A stretch of 64,000 nt of DNA from Asterias rubens (Eukaryota), in contig NC_047069.1 of NCBI RefSeq assembly GCF_902459465.1, positions 14,880,001 through 14,944,000 on the forward strand, written 5' to 3'. Shown here piece by piece: positions 39,571 through 51,783 of this stretch. The notes beneath the pieces were generated by a model. The model was not told the DNA's origin. It did no database searches and saw nothing but the letters and a program-made list of their open reading frames with translations. A program made the translations under genes and the position numbers. Positions within the stretch are counted from its first letter, which is position 1, and every line of letters starts with the position of its first letter.

Positions 39571-39621
39571 CTGAAGGGTTGTGTCTGTCTTTGATATTTC
39601 TTCTTTTGCCTCTTCACCCAT
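39571..39621 (-). CDS. Potato inhibitor I family gene, middle coding exon (51 nt)
   Basis: ttttgtttgcacAG|MGEEAKEEISKTDTTLQ|GTAATG, phase 0/0. Confidence 0.88.
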
Positions 39622-39680
39622 CTGTGCAAACAAAATTGATAAATTAGAAACCCAAATTCAGCGTTATAATGCACTTCATT

Positions 39681-40043
39681 AAAGGGTGTATATACTTTTT
39701 GTAGGACAAAAAACACAATGTCCACAGATTTACACTAAACTTACACAGTTTGAAAATAATGAATTAGTAGAAAGCTTCCCTGAAAATATTATGTGTTGAG
39801 GTGCTGTAGTTTTGGGGAAATGAGTAAAACAATGTCACGAAAATAATTTTGGTCTCATGAGACCAAAATTATTTTAAGCATTTACAAACGTATTTTCATG
39901 ACATTGTTTTACTCATTTCTCAAAAACTACAGCACCTCAGTAAGTAATATTTGAAGGGAAGCTTTCCACTATCGTTATCTTCTGTCAAACCCTGTAAGTT
40001 TAACGTAAATCTATGGGCATTTTGAAAACTACCCAAATCCTTT
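39681..40043. mobile_element. MITE family C inside the inhibitor gene intron
   Basis: Ends TACCCAAATCCTTT and is reverse-complementary to 27405-27770. Confidence 0.75.
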
Positions 40044-40603
40044 AAGGGAGGTTAGCAGTAGTATGTGGCACCTACCCCCAGCCTACATGGTTAAAGTATG
40101 GGAACATTATTGCGGAGACCCTCTGATCAAGATTACAGATAACTAATTCCTTCAGTTTTACCGTATGGGAAACACATCAAAAAAAAAAAATAACTACAAG
40201 TAACCAACGAAAAAAAAAAAACGAAAAGAAAACGTACAACCAACAACAACAAACGAACATCGATGATGAAAGCTTGCAAGCCTTGTGTGAAGCGACTAAT
40301 TGATTAATGAACTACAGTAATTCGAGGACCATACGAGAAAATTGCGATCAAGGTCCATAATCGAGACAAAAACAAGCGAACCGCATTTAATTTAATAGGC
40401 CATACTTCCTTGTTTTACTATCCAAAATTAACAGGTGAAACAGGAAAATGAACAGTTACAGATAGTTACACTACTATACAGTCATAACAGGCATATGATT
40501 CAGATCACTGCGTTAGTGTAGTTTCTGTGCAATAAAATATGGGTCAAATTTGTAACTGTTCATTTATTATTAATGTTTCATAGTTATAAATCAATGTTCT
40601 TAC

Positions 40604-40642
40604 CTTCCCAACCAGATGTGGCCATTCTTTCATTTCACTCAT
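40604..40642 (-). CDS. Potato inhibitor I family gene, first coding exon
   Basis: aaaATG, MSEMKEWPHLVGK|GTAAGA. WPxLVG is the family N-terminal motif. A longer in-frame N-terminus cannot be excluded. Confidence 0.85.
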
Positions 40643-42200
40643 TTTAACACCTCTGTCTGTTTGTATATCACTTCGTGTGGACACCGCTTCTATATTATGG
40701 ATAATATTACCAGAGTATTTTACCGGAGGCATTGATGGCACATTGGACCAAATAGAGGGGACAAAGTGCAATATCAAAAGACGGTTTCGCATACGCACGG
40801 GGTGTACAATACTAGCATGTTATTGTGTCATACAATCCTGTTAACCAAACAAAGCAGAGGTCAATATTTATGTTTCTGGTTGGATGGCAGTCTGTATGTT
40901 TTTATAAGGGCATATTATATTAACATGATTCAAGAGATATGCCTACAGCTATAAATTCGCTCTTATCATTTTATGAAAAGCGGGTAGGACCATTGAGACC
41001 ATTAGCAGTCAACTGCGAGTTGAGACTCATTAGTTTCCGGAATTAAATAGCACTGTCAATGGATTGTCATAGAATACCAGCATATTAATTAGTCAATCGT
41101 CAATAATAATTGTGTATATATATAATAATTGTGTATATATAATAATAATTGTGCCTACTGGGTTTTTTACCAATGTATTTTTGACAATGTATATAATAAT
41201 AATTTCTTGTTTAATATCCTTTTCTTTGTTTACTTCTACTTGATGTAATTTTTTTAAAAACATATTATGATGTTGACACGTGCAAATCAGTTTTTAACTT
41301 TTTGAATTAAATTGAATTGAATTGAACTGCACAAGTCGTTCAATGGGACCATTTTCTATGGCATGCGTGAACATCAGACAACAGCCGCACCCTCGACTAC
41401 AGGGCCTATTATGCAATAACGCAAACTTTGATTTCTTCTTCCTTAGTGCAGACCGCCAATGGCGTATAACGTATAGGCCTACTGTGATCTCAAGTCACGG
41501 AGGTATATTTCTTCCTCAATATTATTTAATTGAATTCAATTTTCAATTTAATTTTTATTTCATCACAGCAAGTAGTGAAAAAACAAATTCCTGTGTGCAC
41601 TAAAAACATTAAAATTCGATACTCATTAAAAAAATTAAAAAAATTACGTTTTAAAAACACAAGAATTTAGAAGACACACAATATGTCCATTTTAATACAA
41701 AGCACGAAACCAAAAGCTTTTAAATTAATTTGTAAACTCTTTCTGTTAGTTTCTAGTGTCCTCTAGTAAAATCTTCTTAACTTTTCTTTTCTATGTCTTT
41801 TGTAGAACTTGCCTAGTTGCCTCACACTCATGAAACCAAAACGAGAATATCAAATGCCAAGACAATGACTTGCAGAAATCTGAGAACTAGTAATTTCTAA
41901 CCTGGGAAAGAAAGGAATACACATACTTTTAGTACAGGAACAGTTTCAAACTTAGTTTTCTTAGAATCATGCACATGGGCCCTTGGGAATCTATCGAATT
42001 ACGCACGCAAGACGGTAGGCTCTAGTTTCCTTTTTCATTATTGGCAATACAAACGTTAAAATGCCAGGCAGGGGACGGAAATGCTTGTTTATATTCGTTG
42101 TAGGCCTTTTCATTTTATTCTGTAAACTAGGCAGCCCACTGCAATCTTTTTGTATGAGTAGAGGAACGCCCACTCCAGATATCCGTATGCATACACGGGG

Positions 42201-42261
42201 GTCACGTGTTTGCAACACCTGATCCTGTAGTAGTATGGTGCTTTTCAGAACAAATCACGTG
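42201..42261 (+). promoter_or_regulatory. Pair of CLEAR-like E-boxes upstream of the GM2A-like gene
   Basis: GTCACGTG at 42201-42208 and TCACGTG at 42255-42261, 200-260 bp before the ATG. Function is inferred only. Confidence 0.4.
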
Positions 42262-42459
42262 TACGTTGTTATTAAACAGGGAACCATACCATTGTCCGTT
42301 GTTTTGTTTCCCACACAGGTGTTTTGTGTTGTTTCTTTTGTTGTTTTTCTTATCAACACCATTGTGATAAAGTTTGTCACAGTAGGGGTCACTTATAAAA
42401 GTTTTACGAAGAAGGTAACACGTTATTAGATTTAGAGCAGATCACAATAAGGCTTCGTC

Positions 42460-42591
42460 ATGAATGTGTTAACGTTGATGTGTTTTGTTGCTTCGGTTCT
42501 TGCCGTCACGTTGGCACTGCCACCACCATCGCGAACATTTGCCCAAGAATACATCGTACAGCAGATGCAGAAGATCAGTGTTACGGGAAAG
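42460..42591 (+). CDS. GM2A: GM2 ganglioside activator-like (ML-domain lipid transfer protein), exon 1 with signal peptide
   Basis: MNVLTLMCFVASVLAVTLA hydrophobic leader, and phase-0 donor AAG|GTATGG at 42592. Confidence 0.85.
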
Positions 42592-43145
42592 GTATGGCAT
42601 GTTGATGTTCGGACCAGATTTCCTTCCTCTATGATTGTACTTCGAAAAAAAAACATTATTCATTTTGTATCTATAGTCGAAGGAAGTCTGAGGAAAGATG
42701 TTGAATCGGTGACCCAAGTTGTTCACTCAGTCATCATATTTCTTGTTATGACCAACAATATATAATATTATTAATTGAATCTGTTGTGTGTTTTTTACCC
42801 GAGTCCATGATTGTTGTAAATGTGATGAATTAACATGATTGAGTAATTTAAACAATTGTTTGGTCTAACTCTAAATAATGGATGAAAACGGTGGTCGTGA
42901 GTCATCCAGAATCCATTTTCCCCTTTTTTAACAAATAAAGACCTTTGTTGAATAGGAAGAAAGGAACATGATTAATAATATTAAATATACAAACAATTTT
43001 GTGTTTGTCAGTGTTTTTAAACCGATGATTAGCTTGATTAGTTGAAGTTTGGGTGAAGGATATTCCTCCTAGCCCTAGTCTAGGAGTAGGTAAAGGATAG
43101 CCCTAATCACGGTCTCCTTTTGTTGATGCCTCTTTTGTTATACAG

Positions 43146-43334
43146 AGTAAACTTGGCCTGTATAGTTTCAGTTTCACTGATTGCAGTGCACCATCGGCTC
43201 CATTAAAGGGAAACGTGACTCTCTCCCCAACCAGCCCTGTAACCCTACCTGGAAAACTCACCGTCTCTTTCAATGCTTCATTCGGAGTCACCTTGAAAAC
43301 ACCGTTGAAACTTGTGCTCAAGATTGAAAAGAAG
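43146..43334 (+). CDS. GM2A: GM2A-like exon 2
   Basis: tcttttgttatacAG|SKLGLYSFSFTDCSAP...VTLPGKLTVSF...LKTPLKLVLKIEKK|GTATGT, 189 nt, phase 0/0. Confidence 0.88.
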
Positions 43335-43345
43335 GTATGTTGGTT

Positions 43346-43719
43346 GAAGACACTGGACACTATTGGTAATTGTCAAAGACCAGTCTTCTCACTTAGTGTA
43401 TCTCAACATATGCACAAAATAACAAACCTGTGAAAATTTGAGCTCAATTGGTCGTCGAAGTTGCGAGATAATAATGAAAGAAAAACACCCTTGTCGCACA
43501 AAATTGTGTGCTTTCAGATGCATGATTTCGGGACCTCAAAATCTAATTCTAAAGGTCTCAAAATCAAATTCGTGGGAAATTACTCCTTTCTTGAAAACTA
43601 CTTTACTTCAGAGGGAGCCATTTCTCACAATGTTTTATACTATCAACAGCTCCCCATTACTCGTTACCAAGTAAGGTTTTATGCTAATAATCATTTTGAG
43701 TAATTACTAATATAGTGTC
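43346..43719. mobile_element. MITE family A inserted 11 nt into GM2A intron 2
   Basis: GAAGACACTGGACACTATTGGTAATTGTCAAAGACC..., with a degenerate right end. Confidence 0.85.
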
Positions 43720-44721
43720 AATTCAAAGCTAAACATACAATTTTGTAACAAAGGGAATGTGTTATTGATGTTATTTGGTGGCTGATATTTCCAAACAAAA
43801 ATACAAATCTATGGACTGTACTTCTTATCGTATTAAGACATCACACGTCACATTATTATAATGTTTTGGTAGTCTTCCGGTTTAATAATAATATTTTTTT
43901 TGAAGTTCCTGATTTTGGCGAGGTGCGTCAAATAATAATTATAATAATACAAGACACTTTAATAAAGCGGATTATTAGCTACACATAACAAAACTACGAG
44001 ACAGTTAATGAAGAAAAGGAGAAAAGACCAGTTCAAACATAATTTTGGAGGCACCACTCTTTTGGTTAGAAGCCTTAAGCACTCGGCAGCTTTCATTAGT
44101 AAAGCATTTTGAGAAACATTTCACTTTAATGTATTGTGGTTTAACAAAATGTTAAAAGAGATAAGTTTTCAATTCAAATCTGAGAATCATGTTTAATTCC
44201 AATATTTTTTAAAGAAGTTCCCGATTTCAGTGTGGGGCATCACATAATAATAATACAAGAGGATTATAAACCGGAATAATGCAAGAGCCTTTTTTAAGAA
44301 CATAAAACAATGAAGAGAATGAAATATATGAAGCAAAAGAGAAAGATGGATACATTATAGATAGATAAAAGGTTTATTCACAATAGTCATCACAGTATGA
44401 CAGGTCTGTATGCTTTGTTATGTAAGGGCAAGGGCACCAAGGCATTTTCTCCTTGGTAAAGGGCACCCTTTGAGGAAATTGTAAATTTCTACTGGAACAT
44501 TTTAAGGGCACCAAGGCAGTGCCCAGGGGGCACGGAAGCAGTCACCTTCGTTGCCTCTGTGAAGTATCAGGCCTGATAGTATAAATTGCAACTACCGAAC
44601 TACAACACATCATTGGAAGACAAGTTCAAACATAATTTTAGAAGCATTAACAAGAAATACAAGAAAATACAAACATTGTTAACATGAAGGGCTTAACAAA
44701 TTGCTTTAATTTTGGTGACAG

Positions 44722-44872
44722 GAATTCATCTGGATTGATATTCCATGTGTGGATAATATCGGATCCTGCACCTATGATGATATTTGCTCGATGATCCCAC
44801 CCACCCCGAGCTCAGGATGTCCCCCTCCATTGAAGGCTGCTGGGATTGCCTTGTGCATGTCCATTCCAACAG
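44722..44872 (+). CDS. GM2A: GM2A-like exon 3, containing a +1 frameshift
   Basis: EFIWIDIPCVDNIGSCTYDDIC is in one frame and (G)LPCACPFQQ|GTAAAG in the next. The exon is 151 nt between phase-0 neighbours. Confidence 0.85.
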
Positions 44873-45720
44873 GTAAAGTGATGAGTTATAACAAATCTTC
44901 AAGTTTGTGGTGACACCGTATGTGTGTGCCCAATTTCATAGCTCTGCTTACTCCCGAATTCTGCGCTTTCGATCACTTTTCTCTGCTTATGTGCAGGTGC
45001 CAAATTTCTTTGCTAGCTCTGAAAGCGTAGAACGCCTGCGGCCTAGTTACATGGAGTTCGCACAAGTACAAGCAAAGATTCCCCGCTAACCCGTGAAATA
45101 CGCTTGCTGTAAGCACCGATTCAGTAAGCAGAGCCATGAAATTGGACCCATACATGTACCTGTTGAAAATTCTAGATCTCATTCTTCATGAGGCAACAAA
45201 AGCTTTGTTTCATTTGGACAAAATTTGTTGTTTTTTGTTTGTTTGTTTGTTTATTTTATTTTATTATTTTTTTTTTTTGGGGGGGGGGGTGGTTACTTAA
45301 TGTATTAAACCATATTAAGGATTTGTTTTCGACCCCTGGTTTTCCAACTTGCCATGTGAATAAATATGAAAGAAGCCCGAAAAGTTTAATTATTTAGCTT
45401 GCACCATTTATTTTAATACTTAAGCCTGCAATTGAATTCGGTGAAGTGATTATGTTTCGGTGACCTGTTGGCTTTCAATGACTTGTTATCTGTAAATATA
45501 TGAATATGTTTGCTTTGTACATTTATTCATATCTAAACTGCAGGAAAAAGACTAATTTTTGTTTTTACATAATGCAGTACAAACCTGCAGTTAATAATGT
45601 GGGGGAAGTAAAATGCTTTTATTTACGGCCATGACAATATTAACAACTCTAGATGAATTGACATTGAGGTAGTTGAACGTCTTACACTTCCTTTTTAAAT
45701 AATGTTTTTACAATTTTCAG

Positions 45721-45885
45721 GGGAAGTACAGCTTGAAGCCCACAGTGCTGGAAATAGCGTCCCTTCCTTCAGGCATTCCAGATTTCCTGGCCGACGGAGA
45801 CTTCAAAGTGAACGCAAAACTGTTTGATGGTAACAACGAGCTTGGCTGTGTCGATCTGGCCTTCACGCTGAAACTGAACAACTAG
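45721..45885 (+). CDS. GM2A: GM2A-like exon 4 (last)
   Basis: ttttcAG|GKYSLKPTVL...IPDFLADGDFKVNAKLFDGNNELGCVDLAFTLKLNN*, with AATAAA at 46045-46050. Confidence 0.9.
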   Translation, partial: GKYSLKPTVLEIASLPSGIPDFLADGDFKVNAKLFDGNNELGCVDLAFTLKLNN

Positions 45886-47761
45886 TATGCGTCCACGTGC
45901 TTGTGATCAAGGTGATTAGAGTAAACAGAGCAATTATGCGGGTTGGAGGGGGGGGGGGGGTTGATGTAGTTGGATGAACACTGATATGGCCTTAGATGTC
46001 AAAAGTTTATCCAAGATCTTTATCTTTCATATCTAGAAAAAAACAATAAAGTGGGGCCAATGTGAGACTTTTGCGGGCAATAGGTGGCAGCAGACGTGCT
46101 TGGTAAACCAAGGTTTTTGCAACAAGTGTGTTCTCAGAACTATAAGCACATACACAATAGAATTGTTTGGTTATTCAAAGCCACCTTGTGTAACAAACGA
46201 TACCCCCAACCCCCTTGCAGAACAAAAAGAGGGGGAAAAAAAGAAACATCTTTCTTGATCCGCCCCAAAGCTTGTTATAAGGCCTCTTCCTAAACCCACA
46301 TAATTTTTTATTGTGTTTTCTGGAATTATTATTGCTGTAGTAAATTAATTTGTCAGAATGTTGTATTGGGTGGGTCTTAGAAAGCAATTCTAAAATGTAT
46401 AAACAAAAACAAACAAACTATGCAGTCAATTTTGAGCTTCCATGACAGTCTATTTTTAATCTACTGACGTTCCATTTTTACACAATACATTGTAAAGGAG
46501 CCTACTCGTTATTTGCTGAAATCTGTGTATTGATTTTTCTTTAAAAAGGCAGGTATACTTTATGTAATTGTTAAAATTGTCAAAAAATGTCAATTGCTTG
46601 GTATGCCCAACACTAAGCTTAAAATAATAAACATGTGATAATTTAGACTCAATTGGTCATCAAAGTTGCAAGAAAATAATAAAAGAACAAACCCCCTGGA
46701 TTCAAAGAATTGTATGTGTTCAGATGCCAGAGACTGAAGCCTCTCAGGTTCAAATGTTTTGGGTGAAACATTATCTCTTTCTCCAAAACTACATTACTTC
46801 AAAGGTTGTCATATCTAGCAAGTTTTATAATATCAACAGCAATATCCAGTGCTCTTTATCAAATAAGTTTTGATGGTCATTCATATTTGGAGTAATTACC
46901 AAAGGTATACTCCCTTTAATATGAATTTTTTTAGATGATTTCTGTTCACAAATCTTATTACTTAATAGAATTCTAAGGTACTTGTCCGCCAGGGAGCAAT
47001 TTACACTGTGTTGGCAAAAAAAAAGTCAAATACATTTTCTGCTCTTTTAAGTATTTCATAAGATGGCATTGTTAGCCATTAAAGGATGGGACTCTTTGTA
47101 AAAATGATTTATACAAACATTCTTAAAATGGGTTGTTGGAGAAATTCATTGAAATATTTTATATAAAATTTAATGAATATTTTTTAAGATAGCACTTTAA
47201 AGTAAAATGCATTTATAATGACTTACAACAGAAATTTGAAAAGGAAAGCAAAACAAAAATGTAATTTAAACAAATTAAATGAAAAGTGTTTAATTTTTAA
47301 ATACAACATTTTTGTTTAAATCAAAGTCATATACTTTTGAATAGGCGAACAATCTCGCATTGTTTTACAGTATGAGTGGAGAATAACAGCCGAGTATTTA
47401 TTTATACATTTGGAAGAATAATTTTATGTGATAGTTTAAAAATGAATATATGCTGAGTCTCAGGTTTATGATTTTGAGTTCTTTACTCTTTTTCAAAATG
47501 TAAAAGAAATGACTTTGTATTTGTTGCTAATGGTCATTAAAGCCATTGGACACTTTCGGCAAACAGTATTGTCCAAGGCAAACCTGTGAACATTTGAATG
47601 TATGATTACTTAAATTGCGTATGAATTGGTCAGTATATAAAATACTAATTTATCAGGCATATATTTTGTTCTTGTTATCTGAAAGCATGCAGACAACATT
47701 AATTGTCAAAGACCAGTATCTGCACTTGATGGGACCATCATCAACAAACATGTGAAATTTC

Positions 47762-48142
47762 AAAGGAACACGTTGCCTTGGACCGGTCAAGTTGGTCTTT
47801 GAAAAGCGTTTGTAACCGTTTGTTATAAAATGCATATGGTTAGAGAGATGTTTCAAAAGTAGAATACATTGATCCACACACATTTGCCTCGAAATTGCGT
47901 GGTTTTCCTTTTGCTTTGCGAACTAACACGGTCGGCCATTAATTATGGGAGTCAAACATTTGACTCCCAAGGCCCAATGGCCGACCGTATTAGTCGACGA
48001 GGTAAAAGGAAAACCACGCAATTTCGAGGCATATTTCGTGTGGATCATTGTATTCTACTTTTACAACATCTTCCTACCCATATGGATTCTATAACAAACG
48101 GTACCAACTCGATCCGACCGGTCCAATGCAACGTGTTCCTTT
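47762..48142. mobile_element. ~380-bp almost wholly palindromic MITE
   Basis: AAAGGAACACGTTGC...GGACCGGTC / GACCGGTCCAATGCAACGTGTTCCTTT, with arms pairing nearly to the centre. A partial copy lies at ~59897-59985. Confidence 0.85.
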
Positions 48143-48544
48143 AAGCTCATCGGAGTCGAACGAAATCGGTAAAAAACACCCGATAATTTTTTTTTTTTAA
48201 GTTGTCACTGTTTTTCAACATCAGGTTTTGGGCTCTATAGATCTTTATCACTGTGTGGTCATCTTGATTTAACTCCATTCCAACTCATTGTAACCAAACT
48301 GAGGCTGGACGAAATAAAAGTCTGGTGCCATGTTTATGCAATGAATGTTAGCATTCGTTACTGTTATGGAAACAGGGAACATGACCAAGATGGTGACAGC
48401 GTGATAAAGGTCTGTACATATAACATTTCAGGCAAAATATTTCAAGGGAAGTTTTCCACCGTGTATACATAATTATACGATCTAAGTTATATACAAATCT
48501 TGTGCACTTATAAATGTTATGCAATATAACTACTGTCAAACTTC

Positions 48545-49152
48545 AACTATTTTAATCATGTGCCTTTTCCTCAGCAACGTTAATTGTATTGTAAGAATTA
48601 TAAAATCATGCAATAAATGAACTCAAATCTTATGAACAATTATTGTCATTTTAACATGAATAACATGTAGTTCTTTTACTGAGTTGTTCATAATACTAAC
48701 GTTACGAATTGAACCAACATAAAAAGCTATTGCGGCAAGCTGCCGCGATCGCCAGAGAAATACAATGACTAAATAGAAAAGAATAATAATTTTATAAATT
48801 TGACAGAGTTTGGCGCTTCAAAATCCAATGGTTAACCCGTGGCTGATGTTGGCAAGTTTCAGTCTTTTCCAAGTTCACTAAAAAGAAGAAATGCAGCCAT
48901 CCTTCCAATTGTTGTTAGCATATTTATTTAGCTGTTTGGAGCAAAATATCACTCTAAACATTTTACTTTTTACAACCGCGAAAAAGGGAGCACAGCGCCC
49001 CACTGTAGTACGACTGATAATGACAGTTCGAAAAATGAGTATGGGTGCCTAGCCAAAGCCGCACTAATTTTGAGAACTATTTTCTACAAGGCTCCATTCA
49101 AGTATTATTGTTTCATTAGAATGTTACAATTTTATTCCGACTTTCACTCAGA
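48545..49152. repeat. ~600-bp segment duplicated in direct orientation at ~58430-59075
   Basis: Colinear blocks such as TTTGGCGCTTCAAAATCCAATG and AAGAAGAAATGCAGCCATCCTTCCAAT occur in both places. Confidence 0.85.
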
Positions 49153-50037
49153 ATTGGTTTCAAAAACCCAACTTTCCAACTGTAAGCTGAATTTACCGTA
49201 TACGCATCTGGAAGACACCAATTAACGCCATGTACAAACATTGAGTATAATTTTACTTTACCGAGCATGGTTCATGCGTTTAAAAGAAAAATAACCAAAA
49301 ACTGCACAATATTGCTTTGCAGCTGAATTATAATAACTTACAGGAATGTGGCTTGCAGAAAAAAAGCGTCCACTGCAGCTGTTCATGATCGATGCTTTCA
49401 ACGCCCACCAAGACTAAGAAGTAAACTACATGTATATAAACACTAAATAGTAACCTTGCGGGCACATCCATGCAGTATCTCTTTTGAGGGAGTGTTGGCT
49501 CTGATTTGAGATATTTTTCAAGCACGCATGAAACGTTTCTTAAACCTTTTGTAGACGAAGCAGACCAAGACTATCAAAATTCCAAGATAATTTTCCGACA
49601 GAATAATACAATTGGCGGTGCTTTTGTTATAATGGACGTAGGCCTACAATATTTCAGTGTAGTCGATCTCATAATGACACTATGCCATCGCATGCTGAAT
49701 CCTCACTTTTTACCAGACTAGATCGTTTGAACCAACTTTCATATCTTGTTCATCACTTGCACGCGAACAGATACGCATACGTTACCTAGGCCTACATATT
49801 ATGTAGTGATGCTGTATCCGTCGCACTAACCGTATCCGTTCGCATGCGAAACCTTATAGGCCTAGGCTATACAGTAACAAACCGATGCAATACAAGACGA
49901 CATGGACATCATTCTTTTCAGGCCATTTGCTCGAATACATTTTAATGAAAATACACATGTGGGCTATTCCACATACATTAGTAAAGTTGCAGTTCTAATG
50001 ATTTTGATTTCGTTATGATTTTATTCAAGTGATATTG

Positions 50038-50189
50038 CTACAGTATAACGCAGAAACCTCCCCCGTTTTCCTCCCGCGTGGTTAATACAGGCTGAAAGTA
50101 CACGTGGAAGACATCATTCTTTGTGCCCATCTCAATTGCTTTGGATAACTCCGAGTCGTTTGAGAATGAAACAAGATCACCTTCATCAT
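50038..50189 (-). CDS. PB1-CaaX protein (p62/SQSTM1-type PB1 domain), terminal coding exon 2
   Basis: tttattcacAG|(D)DEGDLVSFSNDSELSKAIEMGTKNDVFHVYFQPVLTTREENGGGFCVIL*, containing the OPCA acidic motif. Phase 1 matches exon 1, and AATAAA lies at 50025-50020. Confidence 0.85.
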
Positions 50190-50308
50190 CTGTGAATAAA
50201 AAAATAAAAAAAACATAAGAAAGAATACAAAATTAAAAGTTTAGCTACAGGAAAAAAACTATAAACTATACCTGTACATGCTAAATGGCAACTAAAGCAC
50301 TGATCCTG

Positions 50309-51324
50309 ATGCTGCTCTCACACTGAGGCGATCATATTCTTGCGAATATTATAAATATTTTAATTTCGCGGTGAATTTGCCCCAAAATTGCAGTTGGATA
50401 TTTTATTTTTATTTGTTAATTTGTTTAAATTAAATTACCATTACAACAACAAAATTACAGGAATATTGGTAACAAGTAAATAAATAAAGTTATAAATGCT
50501 AAGTAAGTACAATTGATGATTGCAACCAGAGGAGGTAACCCTCCTGTATTGTGGAGCACCCAAACTGCTGTAAAATGCTGCACCGGTTCAACAAAATGAC
50601 AAAGTAAGTTAAAGTATCCCTTTTAAAGAATAAATAACGCATAATTATTAAATAATAATAATTATGTTCATCATCTCGGTCACCCCTCGGTGGAAATTGG
50701 AAATTGGGTCTTTCATGCTCTCTGGACACCTCCCTGAGGCGAATATTCTCAATTTTGGCTGAATATTGGCAAGACATTTGCAATACATTTTTAATGGCAC
50801 TTTGACAAAAACACGCGTTCGCAAGCATTGCTGTTTACTCATCAAGCATTGGTAACCGTTCGTAAGCAATGGCAATCCATTTTGTGGAAGCATTCGTAAA
50901 CTATGGCATCGGTTCGCAACAAATGCTCTAAAATATTGGTAAAGTATTGGTGAGCCATTTGTAACATTGACAACAGTGTTATTGGTAAGGAAGTGGACCC
51001 GGCGAAAGTTACAAACGCCTTACAAATGCATTTACGAACGTTGCCAACGCATACGCACGCTTTACCAACGTTCTGGCTCACCAATGCTTACGAAAATCGA
51101 CGGCGAATGTCGGATTAACGTCTTCACAACATTCGATGAAATTTAGGAAGCGCTTCCTAAATTGACCGATCTTCACCAAGAGGTGGAGAATGACTTGTGC
51201 ACGTTCCGAATTTGTTACCGCCGCTTACAAAGACACGGCGAATGTCGCGAAGTTTGAGCGATTGTCAAACATTTCCATTTGTAAGCACATTCGCTAGCAT
51301 ATTCGCATAGTGTGAGAGCAGCAT
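50309..51324. mobile_element. ~1-kb non-autonomous TIR element
   Basis: ATGCTGCTCTCACACT ... AGTGTGAGAGCAGCAT, with the interior rich in GC(A/G)TT/AATGC-type short repeats. No clear TSD. Confidence 0.65.
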
Positions 51325-51783
51325 AAACGAAGATGACTGACAGAAGGTTTTGACAAAACAAGGAACATGTGAAGAATAGATGAGGGTATATATAGGTAAG
51401 GACATGAAATGGGGAGGGAGAGGGAACAGCAGGTAATTAGGAAAAGGCATTATCCTAGCGCTTTGTGAAATCGACGGCAGGATTAACAAAAGTGTGGGCC
51501 TACCACTACCGTGTGTCAATCTAGAATAATGACATGACGATATCCTGATAAACATTCGATAATCTATAATCAATAAACTAAGGTCATGTGTTTTATCCGG
51601 ACTGAACTTTTGGTTTGGGATAAATCACATGATCTTCGGCAAAGCAACCGCGGGACCAAGCTAGCCTGAGCCGAATCTGGAACGGAAGCCGTGGTTTCGA
51701 AAAGGGCCATATTAGTTATATTATTTGTACTTGAACAGAGCACCAGTCTACTTGCAGCACTGTGCAACAATGGCACCCGAACA

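Noticed and set aside
43438-43703. ORFs inside family-A MITEs (also 5725-5978, 18432-18919, 62417-62795)
   Set aside because: They are chance frames in a non-coding repeat and are not preserved between copies.
44835-44860. Programmed ribosomal frameshift in GM2A exon 3
   Set aside because: There is no slippery heptamer or evident stimulatory structure. A single-base indel in a G run is simpler.
48190-48302. Third exon of the PB1 gene (acceptor cttttatttcgtccAG near 48303)
   Set aside because: All phases stop within 20 codons with no ZZ motif. Exon 2 already has a stop, CaaX and AATAAA, and lacks a strong donor.
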